Shown: piece after piece, positions 9,760 through 19,467 of the stretch | Layout of the letters: the number at the start of each line of letters is the position of its first letter | Position numbering within the stretch: the stretch's first letter is position 1 | Assembly (NCBI GenBank): GCA_028279945.1 | Contig: JANQMT010000149.1 | Location: 1-29,423 of the forward strand | From: Clostridia bacterium | GTDB lineage: Bacteria > Bacillota > Clostridia > Peptostreptococcales > JAAYPU01 | Length of the DNA stretch: 29,423 bases | Direction of reading: 5' to 3' | Made by a program: the position numbers and the translations under genes | Notes under the pieces: generated by a model | The model's database searches: none | The model's input: only the letters and a program-made list of their open reading frames with translations | What the model was told of the DNA's origin: nothing

Positions 9760-9873
9760 ATTGAATATGCAAAAATTTCAGAAGGGGTATATTCTAATGG
9801 AGTAGTCCTCAGAGGATTTTTATATAAGTGGAAATTAATCTACTCGTATGAAGCTATTGTTACAGACAGTGGA
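9760..9873 (+). repeat. ~114-bp direct repeat, about 95% identical to 3847-3960 (internal fragment of membrane-protein gene 3586-4077)
   Basis: Read directly from sequence, roughly 6 mismatches. The embedded ORF 9748-9975 is a remnant with no TM part, so likely a gene fragment. Confidence 0.75.
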
Positions 9874-9897
9874 GGGGAATCATCTTTTAGCGTCTTC

Positions 9898-9930
9898 AAA
9901 TGCTGTACTCGAAAAGTGAGTACAGCATTT
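9898..9930. terminator. Bidirectional intrinsic terminator: perfect 13-bp inverted repeat AAATGCTGTACTC-gaaaagt-GAGTACAGCATTT
   Basis: A-tract upstream and T-tract downstream. It lies between the convergent 9748(+) remnant and the 9962-10708(-) gene. Confidence 0.65.
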
Positions 9931-9961
9931 GATTTAATGAAATATAGAGGGGAGAATTTGA

Positions 9962-10708
9962 TTAAAAGCCACTAATGTCTTGTGCAAGTCCGATGACCAT
10001 CATTTCTGATACACATCCGCCTTTTGTCAATGCGCATGCCTGATAAACCATATCTGCGAAGTGTTCAGGACGAACTGCCATTTCCTCATCCCATTCAAAC
10101 TTACTGATGCCTTCGGCAGATTGGAAGTTAGTATTTGAGCCACCTGGTACAAGTAAGGTGACACTTATGCCATGAGGTCTAAGCTCTGTATATAGGCATT
10201 TTGTGAAAGCATTTACTGCTGCCTTTGCAGCCGAGTATACCGACCAGCCGGGCCATGAACGGCGGTCGCAAACACTGGAGACGTTAAGTATTTTACCGTA
10301 GCCTTGTGCTTTAAACTGTGGAGCAAAGGTTCTACAGCTCATGATGGTGCTTGTTAAGTTTAAATCAATGATCTTTTTGTTCATTTCATCGTCCATTTCT
10401 TCAATGGGAGCAACTCTTACTGCTCCTCCAGCATAGTTGAGTAGAAAATCAACCTTTCCAAAGTTGTCTATGCATGCCTTTAGAGCTGCTTCAAAGGTTT
10501 CGGGCTTTGTAGCATCGCCTTTGAAAGCAATAACCTTTGAACCATGTGCTTCGCAGTTCTTGACTGTGTCTGCCAATGCCTCTTCATTAATATCAAACAG
10601 CACCAGATTACATTGATCCAGCTTTGCAAACAACTCAGCGGTTGCTTTTGAAAAGCCTGAAGCAGCTCCCGATAAAACAGCAACCTTCCCTTTAAAAGAT
10701 TCACCCAT
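9962..10708 (-). CDS. SDR-family NAD(P)-dependent oxidoreductase
   Basis: N-terminus KGKVAVLSGAASGFSK (Rossmann fold), YxxxK present. RBS AAGGAGGG. Confidence 0.85.
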   Translation of the reverse strand: MGESFKGKVAVLSGAASGFSKATAELFAKLDQCNLVLFDINEEALADTVKNCEAHGSKVIAFKGDATKPETFEAALKACIDNFGKVDFLLNYAGGAVRVAPIEEMDDEMNKKIIDLNLTSTIMSCRTFAPQFKAQGYGKILNVSSVCDRRSWPGWSVYSAAKAAVNAFTKCLYTELRPHGISVTLLVPGGSNTNFQSAEGISKFEWDEEMAVRPEHFADMVYQACALTKGGCVSEMMVIGLAQDISGF

Positions 10709-10837
10709 GAATAACCCTCCTTACCAATTATAGTAAATAATTGATCTTTTGAGATTATACTAACATATTCCATGACAAAGGTCAACAGCTCGTTTTTTAT
10801 CTTTGACATTTTTTATGAAAAAGTTCAATTGTTGAGA

Positions 10838-10866
10838 TTGACAAATGTCATAAATTAATTTAGAAT
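10838..10866 (+). promoter_or_regulatory. Promoter (-35 TTGACA, 17 bp, -10 TAGAAT) overlapped by palindrome TGACAAATGTCA (10839-10850)
   Basis: Perfect 12-bp palindrome, one of three copies in the window. A degenerate second half-site TTGACATTTT lies at about 10802. Confidence 0.55.
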
Positions 10867-10916
10867 TTAATTGAACAAATGTTTTGAAAAATGTTAATGA
10901 AGGCGAGGTCGGTGAT

Positions 10917-11699
10917 ATGTTAGTTAATTTGAATGGTAAGGTCTGTGTTGTTACAGGTGCAGCTAGAAGTATAGGTCTGGGTATTGCAGAGAAGTATTGC
11001 GAAGACGGAGCTAAGGTAGCAATGATCGACATTAATCCTGAGGTTGTATATGAGGCGGATAGAATTTCTAATGAATATAAGGCAGATGTAAAAGGCTATG
11101 TATTAAATATTACTAATAGAGAAGAGGTACTCAAATGTTTTGATAAGATTGTTGAAGAGCTTGGTCCTATATTTGCCTTGGTTAACAATGCAGGAATTGT
11201 AGATCAACGTTCCTTTGAGGAAATCACCGAAGATATGATTAACAAACAGATGGCAGTAAATGTGAATGGAACGCTTTTCTGTACCCAAGGTGCAGTAAAA
11301 AGTATGAAGGATCAGAACGAAGGCAGAATTATAAATTTTTCATCCAAATCAGGTAAAACAGGGTCAGCCCTAATGGCCCATTATTCTGCAGCAAAGGGAG
11401 CAATTATTGCCCTTACACATGCCCTTGCATTTGAATTGGCTTCCGATAATATTCAAGTGAATTGCATCTGCCCCGGTATAACTGATGCTACGGGTGTTTG
11501 GAATCAAGTAAGTTCAGGATATACAAAAAACCTAAACTTGTCTCGAGAAGAGGTCATAAAGCAATTTACAGCAAAAATTCCAATGAAGAGACTAACAAAT
11601 ATTGAAGATATTGTTGAGATGGTTTACTTCCTTACTCTAAAGGGAGATTATATGACCGGTCAAGCATATAACATTACAGGAGGAAGGGAGGTGCACTAA
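10917..11699 (+). CDS. SDR oxidoreductase, sorbitol-6-phosphate 2-dehydrogenase (SrlD)-like
   Basis: GKVCVVTGAARSIGLG, GRIINFSSKSGKTGS...YSAAK and C-terminal TGQAYNITGG resemble SrlD. Probable start is ATG 10917 rather than TTG 10884. Confidence 0.8.
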   Translation: MLVNLNGKVCVVTGAARSIGLGIAEKYCEDGAKVAMIDINPEVVYEADRISNEYKADVKGYVLNITNREEVLKCFDKIVEELGPIFALVNNAGIVDQRSFEEITEDMINKQMAVNVNGTLFCTQGAVKSMKDQNEGRIINFSSKSGKTGSALMAHYSAAKGAIIALTHALAFELASDNIQVNCICPGITDATGVWNQVSSGYTKNLNLSREEVIKQFTAKIPMKRLTNIEDIVEMVYFLTLKGDYMTGQAYNITGGREVH

Positions 11700-12746
11700 A
11701 TGAGTCATATGATAGGGAAGTGTGTGAAATATTATGCCCCAATGGATGTTCGAATTGAGCCGTTGATGGAAATACCTCAGATTTGTGATGGAGAAGTTTT
11801 GATAAAAATCGAAGCCTGTGCCATCTGTGGAACGGATATAAAATCCTTTGTCAATGGCAATCCCAGAATCATGCCTCCAAAGGTAATGGGGCATGAGCTT
11901 TGTGGAAAGATTGTGGCAATGGGCAGTGGCGTTGATAACTATAAAATAGGTCAGAGGGTAACGATGGCTACTACCATAGGCTGCGGCAAATGCGACTACT
12001 GCAAAAGTGGAAAGACAAATCTTTGTAGAAGTGCAGAGGCAATGGGCTTTCATTACCCCGGGGCGATGGCACCTTATGTGGTTATACCGGAAAAGGCGGT
12101 AAGACAAAAACATTTGGTGGATGTGGGAGATCTGGATGTCGTTATTGCAAGTCTAAGCGAGCCCCTATCCTGTGCTATGAATAATATAAGTCGTGTACCA
12201 GATGAAGCACTGGGAAGTGTACTTGTTATTGGCCTTGGGCCACTTGGAATGCTGCATGCTGTTTCCTTAAGGGAAAAAGGAGTCAAAAACATAGTGTGCG
12301 TAGCAAGACCGGGTAAAAGAGCGGATATGGCAAAGCAATTGGGCTTTGATATAGTGCTTTCGCCTCATGAGATAGATGAAAAATATAAGGAGCTTACAAA
12401 TGGCGAAGGATTTGATTTGATTATCATAACAGCTCCCAGCAACGAGATGCAAGGGAAGGTACCAATGTATGCTAAGAAAGGAGGGTACGTATCCTATTTT
12501 GCCAGTCTCCCTGTTGGAGATGAAATGCTGACAATGAACAGTAGGATTATCCATTATAATGAATTGGTGCTTTACGGTACTTCGGATTCTACAGTACAGC
12601 ACGTGAAAGCAGCAGTTCACCTTTTAAGAAAAAATCCGGAAGCCTTCAAGCCTTTGATTACACACGTTATGCCATTTGAAGATTTTCATAAAGCTATGGA
12701 TGAGATAAAGTTGAGAAATGCCGTTAAAATAGTACTTGTTCCATGA
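11700..12746 (+). CDS. Zn-dependent medium-chain alcohol/polyol(-phosphate) dehydrogenase
   Basis: CAICGTDIK, GHE, CGKCDYCKSG structural-zinc motif, GLGPLG NAD site. The start abuts the upstream stop. Confidence 0.85.
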   Translation: MSHMIGKCVKYYAPMDVRIEPLMEIPQICDGEVLIKIEACAICGTDIKSFVNGNPRIMPPKVMGHELCGKIVAMGSGVDNYKIGQRVTMATTIGCGKCDYCKSGKTNLCRSAEAMGFHYPGAMAPYVVIPEKAVRQKHLVDVGDLDVVIASLSEPLSCAMNNISRVPDEALGSVLVIGLGPLGMLHAVSLREKGVKNIVCVARPGKRADMAKQLGFDIVLSPHEIDEKYKELTNGEGFDLIIITAPSNEMQGKVPMYAKKGGYVSYFASLPVGDEMLTMNSRIIHYNELVLYGTSDSTVQHVKAAVHLLRKNPEAFKPLITHVMPFEDFHKAMDEIKLRNAVKIVLVP

Positions 12747-12941
12747 TACTATGGGTAGTGTAAAGTAAACTATAAATTACTGGCGACTGACGCCACCTTT
12801 GACAGTATAGAAAAACAATGCTCTGTAGTTTTTACCGATAGCGAAGAACTCAAGAACAGGTAGAGAAATCGACTTCAGACTATAGCACTTTAACATTGTT
12901 TTTCTGTACCATCAAGAGTAAATACGAGGGGGAATAAGTAA

Positions 12942-14003
12942 ATGAAACTTGTAGGTATAGGTGATTTGTTCATACCAAAGGAATACATTGAGAAGGGCTT
13001 TCAATCCTATTGGGAAATGAATGTTGAGGTTGAAACCGTTGAATGGATGCTTGCAGATTTTAATGAGCTTCAAAAAATTAATTTAATGGTGGAAAAAGGA
13101 GGCTGTGAGGCTTATGAGCCGCCTCAATATATTTTCGATGCCTGTGAGGATGCAGATATTATTATCACCCAGTTTTGCACCATTACAAAAAAATTGATGG
13201 ATCATTGCAAACACCTAAAGATCATCGGCGTTTTAAGAGCAGGTATAGAAAATGTTAATCTTGCATATGCAAGTGAGAAAAATATACTCGTCTACCATAC
13301 ACCGGGGAGAAATGCAGATGCAGTTGCTGATTTTACGATAGGTTTATTGCTTTCAGAATGCAGAAATATTGCCAGAGGCCATATGGGATTGAAAAATGGA
13401 AAATGGATTAGAGAATATCCCAATTCCTTTTATATTCCGGATCTTCCAGGGAAAACGGTGGGTATCGTAGGCCTTGGAGAGATAGGTCAAAAGGTTGCCA
13501 AGCGGCTTGTTGGCTTTGATGTAAAGCTATTGGGCTATGATCCCTATGTTTCAAATCCTCTCTATGGAATAAAGATGTGTTCTCTTGAAGAACTGATGGC
13601 AAAATCGGATTTTGTTACTGTTCACGTCAGACATACATCGGATACCGAGAATCTGATAAATCGAAAGTTAATCTCTAGAATGAAACCTACCGCCTATCTT
13701 ATCAATACTTCACGATCGGTCATAGTTGATGAAGATGCTCTTTTTGAAGCTTTAAGAGACAAAAAAATAGCAGGTGCCGGCTTAGATGTATTTAATGTTG
13801 AGCCGCCCACCAAAGATTATCCCATTGTTGCAATTGATAATGCAACCGTGACACCTCATATGGCAGGGGGCTCCAAGGATGCGTTTTTGAATTCACCTAA
13901 GAAGCTGGCGGAAGGGCTAAAGGGTTATTGGAGCAAAGATGAGTCAAGGTATCTGGTAAACAAGGGCTTGCTTGGAAAAATGACGGCTACAACGAAAAGA
14001 TAA
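12942..14003 (+). CDS. D-isomer-specific 2-hydroxyacid dehydrogenase family protein
   Basis: GIVGLGEIGQKVAKRL NAD-binding motif and a catalytic His region. RBS GAGGGGGA. Confidence 0.8.
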   Translation: MKLVGIGDLFIPKEYIEKGFQSYWEMNVEVETVEWMLADFNELQKINLMVEKGGCEAYEPPQYIFDACEDADIIITQFCTITKKLMDHCKHLKIIGVLRAGIENVNLAYASEKNILVYHTPGRNADAVADFTIGLLLSECRNIARGHMGLKNGKWIREYPNSFYIPDLPGKTVGIVGLGEIGQKVAKRLVGFDVKLLGYDPYVSNPLYGIKMCSLEELMAKSDFVTVHVRHTSDTENLINRKLISRMKPTAYLINTSRSVIVDEDALFEALRDKKIAGAGLDVFNVEPPTKDYPIVAIDNATVTPHMAGGSKDAFLNSPKKLAEGLKGYWSKDESRYLVNKGLLGKMTATTKR

Positions 14004-14019
14004 TTGGAGGTAAGGGGCT

Positions 14020-14316
14020 ATGTATGCAGCAAAAATTATAGGTACAGTAGTATGTACCCGAAAGGATGAAAAATTAAGTGGCAGGACGTTACAGGTGGTA
14101 CAGCCCGTTAGTCTCTTGACACTGGAATATGAAGGTAAACCTTCTGTAGCCATTGATTCCGTCGGGGCAGGAATGAATGAAATCGTTCTGGTTGTAGGAG
14201 GAAGTTCTGCAAGGCAGACAACAGTTACATCCAATACACCTGTGGATGCCACAATCATGGCCATTGTAGACCTGATTGATATAGATGGCCAAAAGGTATT
14301 CGATAAAGGTCAATAA
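14020..14316 (+). CDS. BMC vertex (pentamer, BMC-P) protein, EutN/PduN/CcmL family, copy 1
   Basis: MYAAKIIGTVVCTRKDEKL start is typical of EutN/CcmL. RBS GGAGGTAAGGGG. Confidence 0.85.
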   Translation: MYAAKIIGTVVCTRKDEKLSGRTLQVVQPVSLLTLEYEGKPSVAIDSVGAGMNEIVLVVGGSSARQTTVTSNTPVDATIMAIVDLIDIDGQKVFDKGQ

Positions 14317-14333
14317 TCTAAATTGTAGGGGGA

Positions 14334-14609
14334 ATGTCCATGTTTCTAGCTAAAATTATTGGAACAGTTGTTGCAACCCAAAAGGATGAATCATTGAGAA
14401 GTGTAAAGCTGCTGGTAATACAGCCCATTGATTCCTTTGGAAAAGAAGCAGGTTCTCCTGAGGTAGCTGTGGACACCATTGGCGCAGGCTATGGAGAAAT
14501 CGTATTTTGTGCAAAAAGCAAGGAAGGGGCTATGCCCTTACCTGACCCTAATGCGCCGGTGGATGCAGGAATTATTGGAATTGTTGATTGCATCTATAAT
14601 AATCGTTAA
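14334..14609 (+). CDS. BMC-P vertex protein, copy 2
   Basis: LAKIIGTVVATQKDESL, paralog of the previous gene. Confidence 0.85.
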   Translation: MSMFLAKIIGTVVATQKDESLRSVKLLVIQPIDSFGKEAGSPEVAVDTIGAGYGEIVFCAKSKEGAMPLPDPNAPVDAGIIGIVDCIYNNR

Positions 14610-14622
14610 AGGATGATTTGCC

Positions 14623-14919
14623 ATGATATTTGCTCGAGTAGTTGGAAATATGGTTGCAACCCAAAAAAATGAAAATCTGAGAGGTTCAAAATTAATGATT
14701 CTTCAACCTTTGGACACAAAAGGGAAAAGTGTCGGAAAACAGATCATAGCAGTGGACGCAGTAGGAGCGGGAATAGGAGATATAGTCATCGCCATTGCTG
14801 AAGGGGGTTCGGCAAGGCAGGTGTATAAGGCAAAACCCATGGCACCCATTGATACAATTATTGCGGGGATTGTTGACATCATTGAGACAGAAGATGGAAG
14901 CATAAGCTTATATGATTAA
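14623..14919 (+). CDS. BMC-P vertex protein, copy 3
   Basis: IFARVVGNMVATQKNENLRGSKL, a third tandem paralog. Confidence 0.85.
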   Translation: MIFARVVGNMVATQKNENLRGSKLMILQPLDTKGKSVGKQIIAVDAVGAGIGDIVIAIAEGGSARQVYKAKPMAPIDTIIAGIVDIIETEDGSISLYD

Positions 14920-14933
14920 AATGAGGTGAAAAA

Positions 14934-15794
14934 ATGGAAATGAATAAGTTGATTGAGGCCATTACCCAAGAGGTATTAAAAGAACTGGGTGAAGACGACC
15001 TTTTTAAAGTCGGCGGTATCTCCATCTCAAAGGAGGTGCTACCCAACGGTGTTGATATAAACAATCTGGCGAAGACAGTAGACCACACTGTTTTAAAGCC
15101 AGACACGACTAGGAACACTATAGAAAAATTTTGCAAAGAAGCAGCGGAATGGAGGTTTGCATCCGTCTGTGTGAATCCAACCCATGTAAAGCTGGCTGCA
15201 AGCCTTTTAAAGGAGACTGATGTAAAGGTATGCACCGTAATAGGTTTTCCTTTGGGAGCTAACACACCCTTTGTGAAAGCAATGGAAGCAAGGGATGCAA
15301 TAGCCAATGGTGCACAGGAGGTTGATATGGTGATTAACATAGGCGCCTTGAAGGATGGTGAATATGATCTTGTTTCAAAGGACATAAAGGCTGTCGTGGA
15401 TGCAGCGGCCGGTCAGGCGCTGGTAAAAGTGATTATCGAGACCTGCCTGTTGACAGAGCAAGAGAAGATAAAAGCCAGTTTATTGGCTAAAAATGCAGGA
15501 GCAGATTTTGTAAAGACTTCTACCGGAATGAGCACCGGAGGTGCTACGGTGGAAGATATCGCTCTTATGAGAAAAACAGTAGGCCCCCAAATGGGTGTTA
15601 AAGCTTCCACAGGAGTAAATAATCGTGAAATCGCACTGAACCTGATAAGAGCAGGAGCGACAAGGCTGGGTACTAGCAAGGGTATCATCATTCAAACCGG
15701 ACAAAGCCCTGAACAACCAAGCTGTGTAAACTGCGGCAACTGCAAATCAGGCTGTCCTACAGGAAATGCACATGTTGTGAAAGACAACTATTAA
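14934..15794 (+). CDS. deoC: Deoxyribose-phosphate aldolase (DERA) with N-terminal amphipathic helix and C-terminal CxxCxxCxxxCP tail
   Basis: [10 protein letters not shown] and MGVKASTG (the two catalytic Lys regions), TVIGFPLG. N-terminal [15 protein letters not shown]-terminal [12 protein letters not shown]. Confidence 0.85.
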   Translation: MEMNKLIEAITQEVLKELGEDDLFKVGGISISKEVLPNGVDINNLAKTVDHTVLKPDTTRNTIEKFCKEAAEWRFASVCVNPTHVKLAASLLKETDVKVCTVIGFPLGANTPFVKAMEARDAIANGAQEVDMVINIGALKDGEYDLVSKDIKAVVDAAAGQALVKVIIETCLLTEQEKIKASLLAKNAGADFVKTSTGMSTGGATVEDIALMRKTVGPQMGVKASTGVNNREIALNLIRAGATRLGTSKGIIIQTGQSPEQPSCVNCGNCKSGCPTGNAHVVKDNY

Positions 15795-15798
15795 AATA

Positions 15799-17292
15799 AT
15801 GTCAGCTGAAATAGGGGATGTGAATAATATGGTTGTCAATGAAATTGATCCGGTGAAAAGGTCCGTAAGAGAAGCCAATAAACTGATGGATGAAGCTTAT
15901 GAAGCTCAGAAACTGATAGCTGACTATGACCAGCAGAGAATCGATAGAATTGTTGCGGCAATGGTCCATGCAGGCTATGAGAATGTAAGGAAATTGGCTT
16001 ATATGGCCGTTGAGGAATCCAAAATAGGTGTTGCAGAAGACAAGGTGATTAAAAATGTGTTTGCAACAAAAAATATTTATGAATATATCAAGGATATGAA
16101 AACTGCTGAAATCATTAGTGAGGACAGAGAACAAGGGATAATAGAGATTGCAGCTCCTATGGGTGTCGTAGTAGGATTGATTCCCACTACTAATCCTACC
16201 TCAACCGTAATGTATAAGGCAATCATATCAATAAAATCAAGAAATGCCATCGTTTTATCCCCTCATCCAAGATCGGTGAGATGCTGTATGGAAGCTGCAA
16301 GGATTATGGAAGAGGCTGCTATTGCAGCCGGAGCGCCAAAGGGAATCATCAGATGCATGTCCATATGCTCTAAGGATGCAACCGACACACTGATGCACCA
16401 TCCAAAGGCAGCGGTCATATTGGCTACAGGCGGTAGTGCTATGGTTAAGGCAGCATACAGCTCAGGTACACCAGCATATGGAGTGGGACCGGGAAATGTT
16501 CCGGCTTTTATAGAACGGTCTGCAAATATATCTGATGCCGTCAGCAAAATATTTAAAAGCAAAACCTTCGATAATGGTACCATCTGTGCTTCGGAGCAGG
16601 CTATCGTAACAGAGGCTGTTATTGCTGAAAAAGTAAAGGCTGAGGTAATAAAAAGAGGCGGATATTTTGTTGTTGGTTCAGACATGGAAGCTCTGGACAA
16701 AACCATCATACTTCAAGATGGAGGGGTTAATCCGAAGGTAGTAGGTCAATCCCCCACAGCCATAGCTAAATTGGCAGGGATTGAAATACCTGAGGGAACA
16801 AAAATTATCTGTGTAGAGCTAAAGGGAGTAGGAAAGAAATACCCTCTTTCGGCAGAAAAGCTTTGTCCTGTATTGGCGTTCTATGTTATAGACGATTGGG
16901 AAGCTGGCTGTGAGCGGTGCATTGAACTGCTGAATTATGGTGGTCTAGGGCATACTATGGTGATACATTCACACAACGATGCAATCATAAGGGAGTTTGG
17001 ACTGAAGAAACCGGTTTTTAGAATCTTGGTAAATACGCCTTCCTCTCAAGGGGCTATAGGATATACCACCGGTCTCGCACCGGCTCTGACCCTAGGCTGC
17101 GGCACATGGGGAGGCAGTATCACCTCAGACAATGTTTCGCCCTTGCACTTGATAAACAGAAAGCGGATCGCATATCATCAACCTGCAAGTGAAGAGAAGG
17201 CAAAGTCTAAAGGTACTAGATATGTATATACATTGACTGAAATAAATAAGGCTATAGATAATTATAATAAAGGAGGCTATTGGAATGAGTGA
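15799..17292 (+). CDS. CoA-acylating aldehyde dehydrogenase (PduP/EutE family)
   Basis: [10 protein letters not shown] catalytic Cys, [23 protein letters not shown]. The alternative start ATG 15829 is possible. Confidence 0.85.
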   Translation: MSAEIGDVNNMVVNEIDPVKRSVREANKLMDEAYEAQKLIADYDQQRIDRIVAAMVHAGYENVRKLAYMAVEESKIGVAEDKVIKNVFATKNIYEYIKDMKTAEIISEDREQGIIEIAAPMGVVVGLIPTTNPTSTVMYKAIISIKSRNAIVLSPHPRSVRCCMEAARIMEEAAIAAGAPKGIIRCMSICSKDATDTLMHHPKAAVILATGGSAMVKAAYSSGTPAYGVGPGNVPAFIERSANISDAVSKIFKSKTFDNGTICASEQAIVTEAVIAEKVKAEVIKRGGYFVVGSDMEALDKTIILQDGGVNPKVVGQSPTAIAKLAGIEIPEGTKIICVELKGVGKKYPLSAEKLCPVLAFYVIDDWEAGCERCIELLNYGGLGHTMVIHSHNDAIIREFGLKKPVFRILVNTPSSQGAIGYTTGLAPALTLGCGTWGGSITSDNVSPLHLINRKRIAYHQPASEEKAKSKGTRYVYTLTEINKAIDNYNKGGYWNE

Positions 17293-17596
17293 AACAATAG
17301 GCATGATAGAAACAAAAGGCTTGGTAGGAGCAATAGAAGCTGCCGATGCAATGGTAAAAGCGGCAAATGTTCAATTGATGGGAAAGGAAATCGTGGGCGG
17401 TGGATTTGTAATGGTAATCGTAAAAGGAGATGTGGGAGCAGTTAAGGCTGCCACAGATGCAGGTGCTGAAGCAGCCGGAAGAGTAGGCGAACTGAAGTCC
17501 GTTCATGTGATACCACGCCCGCATAATGAGGTTGCAGTGATACTTCCCAAATACGAGACTGTTAAGGCCGGACCAAAAACAAAAGCAACGACTTAA
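17285..17596 (+). CDS. BMC hexamer shell protein (BMC-H, PduA/EutM family), copy 1
   Basis: [25 protein letters not shown]...GDVGAVKAA...HVIPRPH. Confidence 0.9.
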   Translation: MSETIGMIETKGLVGAIEAADAMVKAANVQLMGKEIVGGGFVMVIVKGDVGAVKAATDAGAEAAGRVGELKSVHVIPRPHNEVAVILPKYETVKAGPKTKATT

Positions 17597-17637
17597 TATG
17601 GATAGCCACGTAGTTGAAAGATAGGAGGTAAAATATA

Positions 17638-17907
17638 ATGAGTGAAGCAATTGGAATGATTGAAACCAAAGGCTTGGTTGGAGCCATAGAGGCAGCAGAT
17701 ACTATGGTTAAGGCTGCCGGTGTCAAACTAATAGGTAAGGAATGTGTTGGAAGTGCTTTGGTAACGGTTATGGTAAGAGGAGACGTAGGAGCGGTTAAAG
17801 CTGCTACCGATGCAGGTGCAGCAGCGGTACAAAGCGTTGGAGAGTTGAAATCCGTTCATGTGATTCCAAGGCCTCATGCTGAGGTAGAATCCATATTACC
17901 AAAGTAG
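17638..17907 (+). CDS. BMC-H shell protein, copy 2
   Basis: Same signature. RBS GGAGG. Confidence 0.9.
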   Translation: MSEAIGMIETKGLVGAIEAADTMVKAAGVKLIGKECVGSALVTVMVRGDVGAVKAATDAGAAAVQSVGELKSVHVIPRPHAEVESILPK

Positions 17908-17944
17908 TATTATGTTTGAATAGATGAATTAGGAGGGTTTTAAT

Positions 17945-18217
17945 ATGGAAAATGCATTGGGAATGATAGAGACAATCGGTGAGGTAGGAGCCATAGAAGC
18001 AGCAGACGCTATGGTAAAGGCTGCTAATGTAAAGCTTATGGGCAAAGAGAAGATAGGCAGCGGCTATGTAACAGTAATGGTAAGAGGTGATGTGGGTGCC
18101 GTTAAGGCTGCAACAGAAGCCGGTGCGGCAGCTGCGCAAAGAGTTGGGGAGCTGAAATCCGTTCATGTGATTCCAAGACCTCATAAGGATGTAGAGAGCA
18201 TATTACCTGAAAAATAA
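17945..18217 (+). CDS. BMC-H shell protein, copy 3
   Basis: Same signature. RBS GGAGGG. Confidence 0.9.
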   Translation: MENALGMIETIGEVGAIEAADAMVKAANVKLMGKEKIGSGYVTVMVRGDVGAVKAATEAGAAAAQRVGELKSVHVIPRPHKDVESILPEK

Positions 18218-18251
18218 GGTACGGACCAGAGAAATAATAGGCGGTGGGTAA

Positions 18252-19121
18252 ATGATGGAATTGGAATTGATAAAAAAGATCATAATGGCGGTATTGTCAA
18301 ATATAAATACCTACTCCTTTGAAAGCTATATGGAAAAGCCTATTTCAATAGGCGTTTCAAACAGACATCTGCACCTTTCGAAAGAGCACCTGGAAACACT
18401 ATTTGGATTTGGATATCGGTTAAAGAACCATAAAGAACTGTCTCAACCGGGACAATATGCCTGTGCAGAGACAGTCATACTGGTTGGACCCAAGGGCAGT
18501 ATTGAACAGGTAAGAATATTAGGGCCTGCGAGATCCCAGACTCAGGTGGAGGTTTTGAAAAGTGACTGTTTTCATCTTGGTGTGAATGCACCTGTCCGGG
18601 AGTCGGGAAAGCTAAGAGAATCAGGCGGTATCACCATCGTTGGACCTAAGGGAACGGTGCAGCTGAACGAAGGTGTAATCGTTGCACAACGTCACATTCA
18701 TATGACTGCCAAGGATGCCGCTGTCTATGGTGTTGTGGATGGGCAGTGCGTAAGGCTGAAGGTGGGCAAAGAAAGAGGTTTGGTTTTTGATAATGTCATT
18801 GTGAGAGTAAGCGATAGCTTTGCCCTAGAATATCATATGGACATGGATGAAGCCAATGCTTCAGGTATTCAGACAGGGGATCAGGCATTTTTACTGACTC
18901 CGCTGTGTGAAAATCTGCCGGTTGATAAACCGGCGTATAGCTTTATTGGAGACAATCTGGAACAAAGTGAAGAAAAGGAACCCTTGAGGCTTGTTACGGA
19001 TGAAACCGTTAGGGAGGCTTGGAAAAAAAGAGAAAAACTTAAAATAAGCAGTACAACTATTATTACACCCCTTGCAAGGGACACCATAAAGGAGCTCAAA
19101 GTGGAAATGTTGGGCTCTTAA
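18252..19121 (+). CDS. pduL: Phosphotransacylase PduL/EutD type, with N- and C-terminal extensions
   Basis: GVSNRHLHLS and VIVAQRHIHMT double motif. Extra N-terminal LELIKKIIMAVLSNI helix and a ~75-aa C-terminal tail. Confidence 0.8.
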   Translation: MMELELIKKIIMAVLSNINTYSFESYMEKPISIGVSNRHLHLSKEHLETLFGFGYRLKNHKELSQPGQYACAETVILVGPKGSIEQVRILGPARSQTQVEVLKSDCFHLGVNAPVRESGKLRESGGITIVGPKGTVQLNEGVIVAQRHIHMTAKDAAVYGVVDGQCVRLKVGKERGLVFDNVIVRVSDSFALEYHMDMDEANASGIQTGDQAFLLTPLCENLPVDKPAYSFIGDNLEQSEEKEPLRLVTDETVREAWKKREKLKISSTTIITPLARDTIKELKVEMLGS

Positions 19122-19166
19122 ATATAACCTGAGATTTCCAATAATAAACACTGTGAGGTGAGCGAA

Positions 19167-19454
19167 TTGGCAAAAGTCATCACTCTAAAGGATATTATAA
19201 AGTATAGTGGTTTAAAAACCATAGAGCTGCCGGTTGATACTTTACTGACGCCTTCCGCAAAGGATTGGGCACATGAAAACGGGGTGCAGATTGTATTAGA
19301 TCAGGGAGATGAAAAAGCAGAACTACTTCAAAGAACCATTCAAACAACTTTGGACAATATTAATAAGTCGGGGAACTTGATTACAAGAAATGAATTGGTT
19401 AGAATAGTTACAACAAGCCTTGAAAGAATGGGTTGTGTTATAGAGAATATTTAG
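19167..19454 (+). CDS. Small hypothetical protein (95 aa, TTG start) sharing a TLLTPSAKD-type motif with the PduL tail
   Basis: SD GAGGTG 6 nt before TTG 19167. The track's GTG 19158 has no SD. Confidence 0.4.
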   Translation: MAKVITLKDIIKYSGLKTIELPVDTLLTPSAKDWAHENGVQIVLDQGDEKAELLQRTIQTTLDNINKSGNLITRNELVRIVTTSLERMGCVIENI

Positions 19455-19467
19455 GGGAGAGGTTGCT

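Noticed and set aside
14879-17650. Multiple minus-strand ORFs (14879-15385, 15413-15691, 16263-16709, 17252-17650, 17804-18184) overlapping BMC genes
   Set aside because: They are antisense to strongly supported plus-strand genes that have RBSs and family motifs. Their compositions are low-complexity and they have no RBS.
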